A DNA stretch of 64,000 nt, taken from positions 24,928,001 through 24,992,000 of the forward strand of contig CP068257.2 in assembly GCA_009914755.4 (NCBI GenBank), written 5' to 3'. The notes beneath the pieces were generated by a model. The model made no database searches and was not told the DNA's origin. It saw nothing but the letters and a program-made list of their open reading frames with translations. This stretch comes from the human T2T-CHM13v2.0 reference genome, Homo sapiens. A program made the position numbers and the translations under genes. Numbering within the stretch: the stretch's first letter is position 1; every line of letters begins with the position of its first letter. Positions 62,651-64,000 of the stretch are shown piece after piece.

Positions 62651-64000
62651 CTCAATGAGCTTAAGATGGTTATTTTGAATTCTTTGTCAAGTGGTTCATA
62701 GATCTTCATTTCTTTAGGGTTGGTTACTGGTGTCTTATTTTGCTCCTTTGGTGGTGTCATGTTTCTCTAATTATTCATGATTTTTGTGGCCTTGTACTGA
62801 TATCTATACATTTTAGGAAGTAAGCATCTTTCCGGTCTTTACAGAATGGCTTTGGCAGGAAGAGCTCTTCGTAAATTAGCCTGTCTAGAAATTCTAGGCA
62901 GCCTGACTTAGATTCCATGTGCAGGCTTGCTGCTGGAGTCCTTGGGCAGAGTAACCTGATACCTAGGTCAACAAGTGAGTAGGCCTGGAATTGGCTCCAC
63001 ATGGGATGGTCTGGACTTTGGGTTTGCTGGGGGCAGGCCTGCAGCCTGAGTTCACATGGGCCATCTGGGTGTCAGGGCCCACTAAGGTAGGCTTGTCAAC
63101 TGGCTATTCAGGGATATGCCTTGAGTCTGCCCATAGAGGCCAGCCTAGGACTGGAGTTTACCCAGGTGAGCTGGATCCCTAGATTTTCTGGGGCAGCCTG
63201 GACCCTGGGTCCAGTGAAACCTGGGACTGCAGGCACCAGTCTGGTGCTGAGGCAGTCCTGGAGCCTGCATCCACCAGAGTGGTCCTAGAGCCTTGGTCCA
63301 TGGGTTCCAGCCTGGCACTGGGGCCTGCTAAGGCAGGCCTGGACTCTTGGTCTGCTGGAGCACTGAGTCATGGGCGCTAACCTAATGCCAAGGCCTGGTG
63401 GTGGGATAGGCCTGTAGCCGGTGGTGATGGGAATCATCCTGGCACCGGGATGGGCCTGATGACTTGGGTCATAGAAGCTAGCCTGAAGCCTGAGCCATGA
63501 GGAATAGCCTGATACTGGATTTTACTGGGGCAGGCCTGGTGCTAAGGTCTATAGCAAAGTCAAGTACTTATTCTTTTTCTCAGGCAGAAGGTGTCTCTCT
63601 CTTTGCTGTGCTATGCAGGCTTGGGGGAGGGATGATGCCAGTAATATAAGACTGTCTTTCTTGCTCTCTTCAATGTGTCTTTCCTTATTTCTATGCTACG
63701 CTGAGATATTATAATCTCTTACCTGGACTCCTTAGCTCTTGTATATTTTTGTGCTTGGATAGTTCCAATTAAGTTTCCTGAGAGAAGACAAGTGCAGAAA
63801 AGTTCTATTCCACCATCTTCCAGATGTCACGCTGTTTTTGTAAAATTGAAATAAAAATTACATATTGTGAAATGCGTAGATATTAGGGATTAAATTCAAT
63901 GGATTTTGATAAATGGATATAAACATTATGACATAAAACATTATTATTACCCTAGAAATTATCTTAGGCCTCCATTTAGATAATTCCCCATAGATAGCCA

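Overview
This window is human (primate) nuclear genomic DNA, not a prokaryotic or phage locus. It is AT-rich overall and built largely from interspersed repeats: at least 12 Alu SINEs (several with readable target-site duplications), five L1 LINE segments carrying decayed ORF1/ORF2 remnants, MaLR-type solo LTRs (THE1/MST- and MLT1-like), one ~1.6-kb GC-rich ERV-LTR-like element nested in an L1, several hAT-type MITE-like DNA-transposon relics, one MIR, and many microsatellites. I estimate roughly 40-50% of the window is recognisable repeat.

The only clearly non-repeat regulatory candidate is a ~650-bp CpG island near the left edge (about 2830-3475), which looks like a TATA-less promoter. I could not support any protein-coding exon from sequence alone. 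Nearly all ORFs in the supplied six-frame track are L1 ORF1/ORF2 pseudogene fragments, translations of Alu or simple repeats, or GC-driven random ORFs. There are no CRISPR arrays, rRNA/tRNA genes, operon-like gene arrays or defence-system-like cassettes; bacterial-style gene calling does not apply to this sequence.

The most noteworthy items are (i) the CpG-island promoter candidate, (ii) the GC-rich LTR-like insertion inside L1 ORF2, and (iii) several cleanly resolvable nested-insertion events that give relative ages. Repeat family names are assigned from memory of consensus sequences without tools and should be confirmed with RepeatMasker/Dfam. Coordinates are approximate to about ±10 bp except where target-site duplications pin them.
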